DNA of 64,000 nucleotides from Candidatus Poribacteria bacterium (GTDB lineage: Bacteria > Poribacteria > WGA-4E > WGA-3G), in contig OZ242029.1 in the NCBI GenBank assembly GCA_965205015.1, forward strand, positions 1,856,001 through 1,920,000, written 5' to 3'. The notes under the pieces are model-generated. The model saw only the letters and a program-made list of their open reading frames with translations, did not search any database and had not been told where the DNA came from. Shown here piece after piece: positions 28,524-38,864 of the stretch. The first letter of the stretch is position 1; the number at the start of each line of letters is the position of its first letter. Both the position numbers and the translations under genes were made by a program.

Positions 28524-29351
28524 TTAGAGCCGATGTAACTCGTCTAAGCAATCAGAAAACCCTAATAACTGTAATTCTCTGGAGATATAACTAAGGACGG
28601 CTTTTTCCAGTGCCAACGGATAAACGACACCGTGCTGTTTGGCAATATCGGGTCCGTGCCGTTGCATAATCGCTATTAACCGGAAATGTGCTTTGGCAAT
28701 GCCTTCTCTATCAATAGTCTGCATTGTTAGAGCATCTTCGATTTCTTTTCTGAGAGTTTGCGGTACAAAAGCATTAATATTTTTTACACCTCTGTCTCTT
28801 TGTTTCCCACTTCCTATGATGAGGACTTCTGTCAGCGACATCACAGCAAATGTAGTGCCCATAAATCCTGCAATGCGTTCCTCACGTCCCAAAACTGTAG
28901 GAAGGATAGAGAGCACCCGCCAAAACTCATTGAAATGCTGCTTTAGTACCGAACTAACACCTTCTAATTCTTTGTCGCTACACGTTTCCTTAAGTTGAAT
29001 GCATCCTTCGGCAGCAGACAACACGCGAACCTTAGTCCGTTCAAGGCTGATTGTGTCCCCAGCATGTATCCAAACATCAACTCGCAAGCCTTCGCTTGTG
29101 AGGCAGGTTATCATCTGTCCAGGAAACGTGTCTTTGAAGAGAACCAACGACTGAATATCGGATAACCAAGATTCTAATCCGTGTTGGAAAGTTTCTTTAT
29201 TTTCTTCGGCGACCAGTAGATGAAGGTCAATGTCTGAATATCTGTCAGCGGTGCCTGTTGCGAAACTCCCTTCAAGCCACGTCCCTAATACGCGCACGTC
29301 CGATGCTACCTTATCGGCAAATGCTTTCAGATATTCTTGATGCATTTCCAA
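28524..29351 (-). CDS. Pol-beta-like nucleotidyltransferase with C-terminal helical domain
   Basis: GSFATGTADRYSDIDL and a third acidic residue in RVDVW. Confidence 0.75.
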   Translation of the reverse strand: MEMHQEYLKAFADKVASDVRVLGTWLEGSFATGTADRYSDIDLHLLVAEENKETFQHGLESWLSDIQSLVLFKDTFPGQMITCLTSEGLRVDVWIHAGDTISLERTKVRVLSAAEGCIQLKETCSDKELEGVSSVLKQHFNEFWRVLSILPTVLGREERIAGFMGTTFAVMSLTEVLIIGSGKQRDRGVKNINAFVPQTLRKEIEDALTMQTIDREGIAKAHFRLIAIMQRHGPDIAKQHGVVYPLALEKAVLSYISRELQLLGFSDCLDELHRL

Positions 29352-29405
29352 TCCCTTGCAACAAATTGCGTAGGCACGTTATGTTTGTCGGCACAGCACG
29401 AAAAT

Positions 29406-30215
29406 CTACCCGTAAGCACCATGGTTGAGGAAACCGAGCAGTCGACGCAGACGCGGACTCGCATCTTTGTAAACAGACTCCGGCATACTGTAATTCATAA
29501 ACGGATAGTATTTATGCCCAACAAGACGGCGTCCATAAGTCACCTGTGTGATATATCGGATGCGCTCGGTCTGGTTCGGACCCCCGCGATGCCAGACCTG
29601 ATTGTTGAACATGATAACACTTCCGGCTTTTCCGAGATTATACTGAACTTTGTCTTCCCACTCTGTTCCCTCTATCGGGTTCGGAGGCGATGCACCGAAA
29701 AGATGTGAGCCTGGAACAACCTCTGTGCCACCGTGTTCAATTTCGGTGACATCGGTGAGGTAATAATTTGCTGTGAAGAGTAGGACCGGCAACCGAACGT
29801 TCTTTGGGGGGTCCCCCTCGGTCACGATATAGTGTGGAGCATCGTCTTGATGCCACGATGTGATTCCGCCACCGGGAAAGGTCTGGAAAGAGTTGTTGTG
29901 AATCACATGACAATTTTCCGCGACGAGTGCTTCAGCGAAGGAAACAATAGGTTCCAGGTCGAACAATCGACGATTCGCTTCGCTGTGTTCAAACATGCGA
30001 TGGCTTAAGTGCATACGACCTGTGGGGCTCCCACCATTTAAGCCATTCGGATCGTTTTCGAGTGCCCACTCTAAATCTTGTCGCAATTGCGCACATAGAT
30101 CAGGGGGTAGGACGTTTTGCAGAAACAGACAGCCTCGCTCGTGGAATGTCTCTACCCATTCTTGGATTTGTGCCTCGCTAACAACCTGATCTGCCAAGTA
30201 AGTTGTTTGTGCCAT
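29406..30215 (-). CDS. Phytanoyl-CoA dioxygenase (PhyH) family protein
   Basis: WHQD, GGTEVVPGSH, WHRGGPN...R: 2OG-Fe(II) motifs. Confidence 0.9.
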   Translation of the reverse strand: MAQTTYLADQVVSEAQIQEWVETFHERGCLFLQNVLPPDLCAQLRQDLEWALENDPNGLNGGSPTGRMHLSHRMFEHSEANRRLFDLEPIVSFAEALVAENCHVIHNNSFQTFPGGGITSWHQDDAPHYIVTEGDPPKNVRLPVLLFTANYYLTDVTEIEHGGTEVVPGSHLFGASPPNPIEGTEWEDKVQYNLGKAGSVIMFNNQVWHRGGPNQTERIRYITQVTYGRRLVGHKYYPFMNYSMPESVYKDASPRLRRLLGFLNHGAYG

Positions 30216-30219
30216 TTTT

Positions 30220-31086
30220 CTACGCCCCCTCAGTCAAAGTTGGTAGATTCATCGAAAAAATAAGAAAATTTCCGTTAAAATGGTGTTGAAGAACAAAAAC
30301 TTCCATTTGAGAAAATAGCCTTGTGCAGTTCATTTCCTTAAATACAATTTTCATTTGACTATGCAGACGATTCCGCTCGGTCTCATTATGACATGGAACA
30401 CCGAAGTTCAATGTATTATCTCGGATTTGAGGATATTGATTCGGATTCAGAATATTTGCGCCAGCTTTAACTTCTGTCATAATACGAAAACGTAACCGTA
30501 CTGAGGCATCGTCTACGTTTCTTGTTTTACTGAAGGTTTGTTGTTCGCTAAACAGATCCAGCAATTTCTGTTTCATTGATACGGACAAAGTTTCTCCAAG
30601 TTCGTTTAGCCGCTCTTCTAAAGCTTGAGCAAATGACCCTGAAATTAGTGTTGAAACCGGGACTGTCTCGAAAAACTTTCCGTGAGTCAAGCAGACTTTC
30701 ACGTTTGACTGTTTTCTACCTCGAATTAGATAAAAAACCTGGCGAATAGGTAAGGAAAGTATGTCGTTGCCTGCCTTTTGCATCTGTGTTCGGATGATGT
30801 TTTTTCGGCCTGCCGTTAACTTTTCGATAGCCTTTTCACCTGTTGGGATTGTTGAATTGAAAGAAGCCACCTCATAAGCTTTGCTATCTTTAAGTTCAAT
30901 CAATTCCCCGCCCGTAAACTGTGAATCACCACGATTGAGTTTAATGGCTAAATCGGGAAATTTTCCCTTGTTAATACAAGAAAGCATTTGCTCATCAAAC
31001 GGAAAACTTTCAAGTTTATTTGCCGAGAGAAATTCCTCTTTTTTTTGGCATAAATCGGCGAAGAAATGGTAAATTGAATAAGCCAT
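30220..31086 (-). CDS. Putative type II restriction endonuclease
   Basis: FPDLAIK...ELIELKDSK PD-(D/E)xK motif; abuts the methyltransferase gene. Confidence 0.65.
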   Translation of the reverse strand: MAYSIYHFFADLCQKKEEFLSANKLESFPFDEQMLSCINKGKFPDLAIKLNRGDSQFTGGELIELKDSKAYEVASFNSTIPTGEKAIEKLTAGRKNIIRTQMQKAGNDILSLPIRQVFYLIRGRKQSNVKVCLTHGKFFETVPVSTLISGSFAQALEERLNELGETLSVSMKQKLLDLFSEQQTFSKTRNVDDASVRLRFRIMTEVKAGANILNPNQYPQIRDNTLNFGVPCHNETERNRLHSQMKIVFKEMNCTRLFSQMEVFVLQHHFNGNFLIFSMNLPTLTEGA

Positions 31087-32004
31087 CTATTGGTTTGATT
31101 TAAGAAAAGCCATCTGTTTGGTACCGGTTTCGTCGAAGGAGACGCATTTTTTGTTTAGCCCACGGTCTCCCCAAATGGTGTCTAAATCCGGGGTACAGGC
31201 ATAATCCTTGAAAAAGCGCGAGACATCATCTGATTTTCTCTGATCGGCAAGTCTATTTTGAATAAGCGCGACGTTGTGCGAGTCGAGCTCGATTCCTATG
31301 GAGCGGCGCCTTAATTGTTCTGCGACAACGAGCGTTGTTCCCGAACCTGCGAACGGATCGAGGACGACATCCCCTGGATTTGTAGAAGAAAGGATAATCC
31401 GGAGGAGCAATTGAATAGGGGTCTGTTGTTTGTGCAGGCGGTTTCCTTCTGCATCGCGCAAAGCCTCATCACCTGCAAAGTAACCAGCGGTTAATTCACG
31501 GATATCATCCCACACATCCGTCACAAACATACCGTTCTCTCGCGCGTGCTTGTAGCCTACCGGCAGTGGTGGATCAATGCGCAGTCGATGGAAAACACGC
31601 GGGGTCTTCCCCTTCGTTGCAAACGTAATGACTTGATAGTGTTTGCCAAAACGTTTCAACCCCGGTACTGCTGAGGTTTTCTTTTTCCAAATAATCAGGT
31701 TTTGGAAACTCCATCCGGTATCGCGTAAACACCGCAACACGAATTCCGTATTTTTTTCTCGTTGCATGAAGTAAATTGCACCGCCATCGGAAGTCAAAGC
31801 GTACACCTTCGCGCAGACCTCATGCATCCACCCCCAATATTTCGCTGGAGACAAATTGTCGTCCCACATATTATATGCCTTGTCCTGATTGAAAGGTGGA
31901 TCGAGGAAGGATAGATCTATTTTGGATTCAACGCGCCTGCTATCTAACGCAGTCGCACAATTTTCGTGGAGGACGATGCAGTTTTTTCTTACTGAGGTGT
32001 CCAT
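31087..32004 (-). CDS. DNA methyltransferase, beta class (N4-C or N6-A)
   Basis: Motif IV DPPF near N-terminus, TDVW, HKQQTP, motif I DPFAGSGTT. Confidence 0.92.
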   Translation of the reverse strand: MDTSVRKNCIVLHENCATALDSRRVESKIDLSFLDPPFNQDKAYNMWDDNLSPAKYWGWMHEVCAKVYALTSDGGAIYFMQREKNTEFVLRCLRDTGWSFQNLIIWKKKTSAVPGLKRFGKHYQVITFATKGKTPRVFHRLRIDPPLPVGYKHARENGMFVTDVWDDIRELTAGYFAGDEALRDAEGNRLHKQQTPIQLLLRIILSSTNPGDVVLDPFAGSGTTLVVAEQLRRRSIGIELDSHNVALIQNRLADQRKSDDVSRFFKDYACTPDLDTIWGDRGLNKKCVSFDETGTKQMAFLKSNQ

Positions 32005-32164
32005 GATATTTACGCGTTCCCGAAGTTATACGATTAAGAGTGGGCTCTCGCAGGCACATTTGGATAGAAGGAAGACTGGAAGGTCAGAAGCGGAAAAAAC
32101 GCTGCGCCAACCTTTCAGTCTTCTCATCATCCAGTAAAGGCAACGTGAGTTCAACGAATAGCAT

Positions 32165-32503
32165 TTAACCCATCGCGGCGGCGACAATAATACCGAGCGA
32201 GATGAGGACACCCGCAACTGCAATGCCCGCAGCGGTGTTGTTCTCTTCGGCGATCTGACGGTTTAAGTCATAGGGGGTCGCCATATCGAAGACTTTGTAA
32301 CCTACCATCAAAATGATTAAACCGACGATACTGAAGACAATGCCTTCAATGATAAAACCCCCCAAGATTTTGAAATCTATCATCGGGGCATCTCCAGCCG
32401 CAGCCGCGTCGGATTGGGCAACGGCGTTATGTGAAAATAGGACGAAGGCAGTAAGTGCTACAGTAACCAGGATAAGCGTGGTGAATACAATTTTTTTAGC
32501 CAT
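32165..32503 (-). CDS. DUF350 family membrane protein
   Basis: GYKVFDMATPYDLNRQIAEENNTAAGIAVAGVLISLGII; AAGGAG RBS. Confidence 0.8.
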   Translation of the reverse strand: MAKKIVFTTLILVTVALTAFVLFSHNAVAQSDAAAAGDAPMIDFKILGGFIIEGIVFSIVGLIILMVGYKVFDMATPYDLNRQIAEENNTAAGIAVAGVLISLGIIVAAAMG

Positions 32504-32562
32504 TTTAAAATCTCCTTATTTTTCAGGACCGGTTTATGGGAAATCCCTGTGCAATGACTCAG

Positions 32563-35500
32563 TTAAACAATCTCGAATTGCACATCCGTGGCGGCGTGCA
32601 GATACTTTATCAATATAGCGTCCTTATCTTCGATATAAAGCCATCCAGATTCGACATCTTCAAGCGTTTGCACACCCGCGATCTCGATCTCTGCATATTT
32701 GTCCGGTATGTTAACAGATTCAGAATCGTCATCGGATGTATCCGCATCGGTAATTGCCGATGCGTCCGTTGATGAGAACTGATAGCGTGCCCGAAGTGCT
32801 TGTGGCGCGCGTCCGTAACCAACAATAAGGGCATAACTTGTTTCGTTGTCGGCATAGCTGAGTTGCCAGTTGAGTTGACCGTTATCGGTTAGGGTAAGTC
32901 CATCTACCATCGCACCAGAACTGAGGTGTATCTCCCCGGTGATAGCGGTTTTAATTCCGGGATCAAGCCCTCGGAGCGTATAAACGTTCACCATAATATC
33001 TTCAGGGTTCAAATGTGGTCCCTTGCCTTCGGTGCAGAAGCCGTAAAATCCATCGGGATAGGTGCCTTTGAGTTCACCATCTTCCCACTGTTGATACATC
33101 GCACTTACCGTGATACCCTCAGCGATTTGAAGCCATCTGTCATCTGCAGTGTGTCGGTTCAAGCGTTGTAAGTAATAGGCGAGAACCAATCCGTTCCATT
33201 GAACAGGGACACCGAACCATGGATGCGTGTAGAAAGATGTTCCGAAAACGGGTATGGAGGCGAACCGCATACCGGGTCGGTCGGAGAGATGCCAATGGTA
33301 GAGGAATGGTAACGCTGTTGCCGCCCAGTACGTTGCGCGTTTGAGATATTCTTTTTTCGTTGTCAATTCGTAAGCCTCAACATAGGCACCGATGGCATGC
33401 GCAGCCGCAAGGATATCTGGTTGATACATCGGGCATTCCCACATTTGTGCCCCGCGTGGCACGGAAAATTGCTGAATGAATTCAAGTGCTTTCAGACCGG
33501 CTTCACGCGAGGTTTTATTTCCGGTAATCCGAGCGTGTTTAAGGAGTAAAAGTGTTGATTCAGCACAAGTGCCGAGCACCGCTTCACCCGCCGTTCCGAG
33601 AGCAGCAGTTTTCGCGTCTGTTGGGTGCCATCGCCAACTTCCATCCGACGCTTGTGTCGCAATCCGTTGTTGTATTTCTTCCTCCATATAGGATAATCCA
33701 GCATTGACATGACCGATGTAGAATGGGAATTCCCATCTTAAAATGTGGCACGAACCGCGTGCCGCCAAGCCGCCTGCTCCGGATTCTGTTATGGTGTTTT
33801 TGGCAATTTCTAACACCCGTTCCTTCACGTGTTCATCTTTTGTAGCAAGATAGTCGTACCAAAGTAGAGTACCGAACCCCGGTTCATTGTGCGGTGCCCA
33901 GTCTACACAGTGACGGGATTTTCGAGTCGTTTCGTCCCAGGTCGTCTGCATAAACCCGTGCCGAGAAAGTAAGACCTCATCTGCGTCACTACGGGGTGGT
34001 TGCAACGGTTCAGGGGCACCGTAAGCGTCATTCCAGTGCGCTATAGCATCTAAGGTAGAGGCATTCTCATCCACGATGATTTCAGTTTTGATGGACACCG
34101 GACGCGAGGGTGTTAGTGGATACGGGATAGAAGCCTCTGTTTGGTTTTCTGGGACCCATGTTGGCACAGTCGGGATGAATACACCGAGGGCGTGATTTTT
34201 CTGGTACTGATGCCAATTGGGTGAAGCGAATACCGCAGAGAGCATCTGATTCTCACCATCCCAAGTGTCCAGAGGATTCCAGATGATGCCGACTATTGAT
34301 TTCTGCATCTCTACTGCCATAACTGGCACTGTGATTTTATACGGATGTGGGACAAGGCGGTTGTCGAACGGCGGGGCTGCGTCGCGTGTACTTGAGGAAC
34401 GTTCATCGTTTTCCAAGAATTCGAGCCCGGGGAAAAGTGCTGTCGTTTTCTTCTCGCGATGTCGTCCTTGCCCCGCATAAAGCATCGGGCCCCGAAAGGC
34501 AAGGAGTTCTCTGTTACCATCCGTTTGCAACTGATATTCCGTTTTCACCCGCGTCGCATTTTCGCTGAGCGTCCACTGCATCCCATACGTCCACGTAACG
34601 CCATCTGCATCCGTATCCGAACCGCTTAGACGGACAATTGACTCCCCTTGATTGTTCCCAGAAAGTTGATAGGCTGTAGGGGCAAGTTGCGACGTTTGGC
34701 GATTTTGTGATGCATCTAAATAGACAACCTCAGAGAGGGACGGACAGGTCGCTACCTGCTGGTAGTTCCCCCCTTTTGTGGCAAAGATTATGCAATACGC
34801 AAATCCTCCGTCATCCCCCTTTTTGTTAGAGATGACAGTCTCTTGATTGTTTTCATTATTGATTTCTGACGTTGCTTCGGATCCATGAACGAAAACGATA
34901 CGAAGGTGTTTGTTCCCCAGCACGACGCTACCATTTTCCGTATAGGTGTGCAGTTCTTTCACCACCTTGGCAGCGAGTTTAGGAGGTTCAGGGCGAATCA
35001 CAACGTTTTCTTGGGCTGTTTGACGTTCTTCGCCTGCTGAGGTTTGACATTTGAGCGAGACAGAAATAGAAACTACAGTCGGATTTGGGAAGCGGCGCGC
35101 GATCCAGAAGACGGAGACTTCTTCACCCGGTTCAATTTCTTTAATGGTTTGTCTGGGACGCCCACGCCGGAGTTTCATGCCGTTGATAGAGATTCGCGCC
35201 GTATCCGCTTTACCGAGTGGCGCGGTGCCGGTATTCCGAAGTGTACATTGCACTTCAAAATCTTCACCTGCAGTCACAACTGCAGCCGTCGCACCTACGT
35301 TCACGATTTCTAATGTCGGTTGTGCCGCGTAAAGCGATATTTTGACAGGAGACGCTTCGGGGTCGTGCGCCTCGAGACAAATCTTTGCTAAATCGGAAGC
35401 CCTTGTTGATGTGGATTGACTGAACTCCCGCAACCGCATCGTATCGTCTTTGAAGTGTAGAATAGCAATGCCACATCGTAGTTCCGGTTCGGGGTCTCTT

Positions 35501-36693
35501 TTTCCTTTCCGAAGGCGCGTCTGTTTGAGTTTGCGTAACTGCGGCTTACCCCACAAAGCCCACGCGTAGTTACTATTGCCACCTATGTTGCATTCCGTTA
35601 GGAATGAGATGACGACCTCTTTACCAGCGTAGGAGGTGAGTTCGATGCTTTCTTCTACCCAAAGACATTCGGTTGATACGGATTCAAAGCATCTTTCCGG
35701 TGTAGCTTCTAAGTCTGTATTAAGTAGATCGAAAATTTCGATGGCAAACTTCACGCCGCCGGGTGGTCGCTCCGCATCGTCAAAAACGACGCCATCCCGT
35801 AATCCGATGGAAAAATGTAGAAAGAGTTTCTCTTTTTTATCAACATCTGGAAGGGACAGCGTGTAGTCGATTTTTGCGGTTTCTGTTGGGGTCGGATGTT
35901 CAAAGATAGCGGGCTTTGTCACACCACCTGAACAATCCATTCCGCTGACGGATGCTTGATCTGTCCCGGAAATAGTGCTTTGTTCGAACATCTCCACGAA
36001 GTCATAAATCTCTTCAATAATGCCGAGTTCTAACGGTATTTTTTCCTCTTCTGCTTCGGGGGTTGTTGCTTCTGTTTCGGTATCGTCGCTTCCGTCTGCT
36101 TCCTGTGCTTCAGGTGTTGTGGTTTCAACATCAGAAACCTGTGCGTGCTGCGCTATAGCATCCTCACTTTCCTGTTCAGATATTACAATCTCCGTTGCAG
36201 CTTCTGTCTCGTCTTCGGGGACGGGATCGGTGTCTTCCGATGACGCAATCGCTTCATCATCCGACGGCGAGAGGTTGGTGATCTCAACGACAGGTGTTTC
36301 TTCTGCACTGGATGTGTCGGGAGTGTCGTCCTCACTGGCGTAAGCCTCTTCGTCTATAGAGATAGGTAAGACCTCGCTGTCGGGTTGTGTTTGAGGACTG
36401 TCATCATCTTCTATCGCCACAAACGGAGACCCATCGTCTTCGGAGGGGATTTCCGCCGACTCAGACGGCGTGTCAGCGTTTTCGATTTCCGGCGGTTCAG
36501 AAACCGGGGGCTCGGAGGCATCTGATGCTTCAGATTCAGCATCGTTCGTGGAATTATCGTCAGTTGTGGATTCCAATTCCGTTTGGTGTTCGTCACACTG
36601 CTCTGTTTCGGAAACCGATGGATCGGTCTCGTCCTCCGTATTTCCGATACAAGCGGCTAAAAATTGTTGCACGATATAGGGGGTGGTGAGCAT
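32563..36693 (-). CDS. Large hypothetical multidomain protein (acidic disordered N-terminus, beta-sandwich/CARDB-like domains, probable alpha/alpha toroid)
   Basis: 1376 aa; first ~220 aa D/E/S/T/P-rich; VTAGEDFEVQCTLRNTG...EIEPGEE; Trp/Tyr-rich helical repeats in the C-half. Confidence 0.7.
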   Translation of the reverse strand: MLTTPYIVQQFLAACIGNTEDETDPSVSETEQCDEHQTELESTTDDNSTNDAESEASDASEPPVSEPPEIENADTPSESAEIPSEDDGSPFVAIEDDDSPQTQPDSEVLPISIDEEAYASEDDTPDTSSAEETPVVEITNLSPSDDEAIASSEDTDPVPEDETEAATEIVISEQESEDAIAQHAQVSDVETTTPEAQEADGSDDTETEATTPEAEEEKIPLELGIIEEIYDFVEMFEQSTISGTDQASVSGMDCSGGVTKPAIFEHPTPTETAKIDYTLSLPDVDKKEKLFLHFSIGLRDGVVFDDAERPPGGVKFAIEIFDLLNTDLEATPERCFESVSTECLWVEESIELTSYAGKEVVISFLTECNIGGNSNYAWALWGKPQLRKLKQTRLRKGKRDPEPELRCGIAILHFKDDTMRLREFSQSTSTRASDLAKICLEAHDPEASPVKISLYAAQPTLEIVNVGATAAVVTAGEDFEVQCTLRNTGTAPLGKADTARISINGMKLRRGRPRQTIKEIEPGEEVSVFWIARRFPNPTVVSISVSLKCQTSAGEERQTAQENVVIRPEPPKLAAKVVKELHTYTENGSVVLGNKHLRIVFVHGSEATSEINNENNQETVISNKKGDDGGFAYCIIFATKGGNYQQVATCPSLSEVVYLDASQNRQTSQLAPTAYQLSGNNQGESIVRLSGSDTDADGVTWTYGMQWTLSENATRVKTEYQLQTDGNRELLAFRGPMLYAGQGRHREKKTTALFPGLEFLENDERSSSTRDAAPPFDNRLVPHPYKITVPVMAVEMQKSIVGIIWNPLDTWDGENQMLSAVFASPNWHQYQKNHALGVFIPTVPTWVPENQTEASIPYPLTPSRPVSIKTEIIVDENASTLDAIAHWNDAYGAPEPLQPPRSDADEVLLSRHGFMQTTWDETTRKSRHCVDWAPHNEPGFGTLLWYDYLATKDEHVKERVLEIAKNTITESGAGGLAARGSCHILRWEFPFYIGHVNAGLSYMEEEIQQRIATQASDGSWRWHPTDAKTAALGTAGEAVLGTCAESTLLLLKHARITGNKTSREAGLKALEFIQQFSVPRGAQMWECPMYQPDILAAAHAIGAYVEAYELTTKKEYLKRATYWAATALPFLYHWHLSDRPGMRFASIPVFGTSFYTHPWFGVPVQWNGLVLAYYLQRLNRHTADDRWLQIAEGITVSAMYQQWEDGELKGTYPDGFYGFCTEGKGPHLNPEDIMVNVYTLRGLDPGIKTAITGEIHLSSGAMVDGLTLTDNGQLNWQLSYADNETSYALIVGYGRAPQALRARYQFSSTDASAITDADTSDDDSESVNIPDKYAEIEIAGVQTLEDVESGWLYIEDKDAILIKYLHAATDVQFEIV

Positions 36694-37842
36694 TTATTCC
36701 TTCTCACTCCATTTCTTTTTCATCTGCTGCATTTCATCGTTGAGCACGATTTCTACTGAAGGCGTTTGTGCGGAAGCCTCAATCTGCCACGCACCGGATT
36801 CGTCCTTCAGTACGGGTTTGCGTTGCGCAACAGGTAGCACACCGAAAGGCGTATGCGGTTCAATTTGATACCAGTATGCCACAGAGGATGTCTCATTACT
36901 GAGATGGTTCCCGTGTCCGTGCTCTATTGTAACCCGGATCTCTTTCTCGAAACGGATCGGGTTTTCAATGTGATAGACGTAAGAGGTCTGGTAACCGTCG
37001 GTATTGTTTTCGTGGATGGAGGAACCGTTGTGAGCAAAAGCGTTCTCCTGCATGCCCCACGCTTGGTTGAGGTAGTCCTCTGAACCCGTGCCGTGCAGAT
37101 CTGGGGGCCACTTATAGCCATCAACCCAGATCATATCGTCGCCTTCACCCCACCACGTGCCTTGAAAGTTGGTAACCGACAGGTTGCAACCGATATAGTG
37201 TCCTCTGCCTTCAGCGGACAGAATCAGGTAATTGGTGTCCCACGCGAGCCGTTCGGCGTTGATAATATTGGCTTCCGGCGTATTCACGCGAATTTCGTGT
37301 CCCCACCCGTCACACGGGTTTTCACGATGGAATTGGGCATGGAAATAGGCGATATCATCGTCGAGGGGCTCAGGGTACTGCTCGTAGTCGATATAGAAGT
37401 ATTGACGGTGGGTTGTATCACCTTCGTTGACGAGTTCGATTCTCGCACTGCGGTTAAAGGGCATCTGCAAATAGCAGTTAAGCGCACATCCTGTATTGAA
37501 CTGGTTGTTCTGGTGCGTGGAGGCAGAGAAAGCGATGGAATCATAAGAATTAACAATTTCGTTGCCGAGTCCAAAGAAGTCGCCTAACGGACAGAGGACA
37601 CTCGGGTGCTCCTCATCGTCCCAAAACATCCGGATCAGTACATTTCGATACCCGTTTGGCTGTGTCATCCAGATGTGATTGATACAACCGGGTCCTTGAA
37701 GCTCTGCGATAACACGAGTTTCGCCGGGTTCGACATTCCAAGCATCGTTGTTCCTGCCTGTTGTATCCCATGAAGAAGCGCGTAACGAGCGCGCTTTTCT
37801 AACGCGCGTCAGCGATGACAATAATCCATCAACGTAAGTCAT
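36694..37842 (-). CDS. DUF2961 / GH172-like glycoside hydrolase
   Basis: SSWDTTGRNND, GPGCINHIWMT, WWGEGDDM, GTGSEDY, IEHGHGN, VAYWYQ. Confidence 0.88.
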   Translation of the reverse strand: MTYVDGLLSSLTRVRKARSLRASSWDTTGRNNDAWNVEPGETRVIAELQGPGCINHIWMTQPNGYRNVLIRMFWDDEEHPSVLCPLGDFFGLGNEIVNSYDSIAFSASTHQNNQFNTGCALNCYLQMPFNRSARIELVNEGDTTHRQYFYIDYEQYPEPLDDDIAYFHAQFHRENPCDGWGHEIRVNTPEANIINAERLAWDTNYLILSAEGRGHYIGCNLSVTNFQGTWWGEGDDMIWVDGYKWPPDLHGTGSEDYLNQAWGMQENAFAHNGSSIHENNTDGYQTSYVYHIENPIRFEKEIRVTIEHGHGNHLSNETSSVAYWYQIEPHTPFGVLPVAQRKPVLKDESGAWQIEASAQTPSVEIVLNDEMQQMKKKWSEKE

Positions 37843-37977
37843 TCAATCTTCCTTGTTAATTTTTTAAAAGTTCCTCGCTCAGAAGCGCGGGGAGACATAT
37901 AAGATGTTCTTACTATTATACCACATACGCGTGGAAAATCAATACGCTTTTTGGCTTTTGTGTTTTTTGACGCCCGA

Positions 37978-38793
37978 CTAAGCATCGGATAGAACGGCTT
38001 TCATCTTCTCTAATCCGATGCGTGCGACTTCTGCCGGGTCTTGCTCCCAATAACTTGGATTGAACAATTCCAATGAGATGACGCCTGTGTATCCCACATC
38101 TTTTACGATGGTGATCATCTGCCCGAGGTCAAGGATACCATCGCCGGGATAAACCCTGTCAGCATCTGTTTGTTCCGCTCGCGCCGGTTCCGCAGGCGCG
38201 TCGTTGAAATGGAAAACGGCGATTTTATCCCCGGGAATGCCTTGCATGTCGTCTATTTCCCCACCGCCGCGATAGATGTGGAACGGATCGAGGACAATCG
38301 TACTGTCCGGATGATCTGCCACTTCCATCACTTCCCACGCATGCTTGACTTGATTGACACCATCGACGAAACCGAGAAATTCCATAGCAGGTTTAACCCC
38401 GAATTCGCGGCCGAGCTCAAGCAGTTCACGGTAATTCTCGCCACCTAATTCGAGGTCTGCGACTTCACGCGGTGGGCTTGAGACGATGTAGGTGGATCCG
38501 ACAGCGGCGGCTTGTGCCATTCGCCGTTTTGCCTCTTCGATCGCTTCCTGATGTTCTTCACCTGTCGTGTTGAGCCAACCGTGCAAGGCGATAACGGAAG
38601 GCACTGAAAGCCCGTGGTCATCGAGTGCTTTTTTGACATCCGTAAGCGAACCGCCTTGTCCCTCGTAAGCCGTTAAATCGTCGTTCCATAACTCGATCGC
38701 TGTATAGCCGGTTTCAGAAGCGATCTGAATCTTATCCATTAATCCGGCGGGCCGAATTGTGCTTGTATTCAAGCCTAATTGAAATTGTGTCAT
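37978..38793 (-). CDS. Sugar phosphate isomerase/epimerase (xylose isomerase-like TIM barrel)
   Basis: AMEFLG, LDPFH, FHFND, RVYPGDG, ISLELFN. Confidence 0.88.
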   Translation of the reverse strand: MTQFQLGLNTSTIRPAGLMDKIQIASETGYTAIELWNDDLTAYEGQGGSLTDVKKALDDHGLSVPSVIALHGWLNTTGEEHQEAIEEAKRRMAQAAAVGSTYIVSSPPREVADLELGGENYRELLELGREFGVKPAMEFLGFVDGVNQVKHAWEVMEVADHPDSTIVLDPFHIYRGGGEIDDMQGIPGDKIAVFHFNDAPAEPARAEQTDADRVYPGDGILDLGQMITIVKDVGYTGVISLELFNPSYWEQDPAEVARIGLEKMKAVLSDA

Positions 38794-38833
38794 TCTATTT
38801 TTCCTTGGACGGGCAATAATGCACGTCGCATTT

Positions 38834-38864
38834 GGGCGAGTACGCCGCAGAATTGCCCTACTAC
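38834..38864. repeat. GTAG-type REP overlapping a stop codon
   Basis: Minus strand GTAGTAGGGCAA...TCGCCC; supplies the TAG of the upstream isomerase. Confidence 0.5.
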
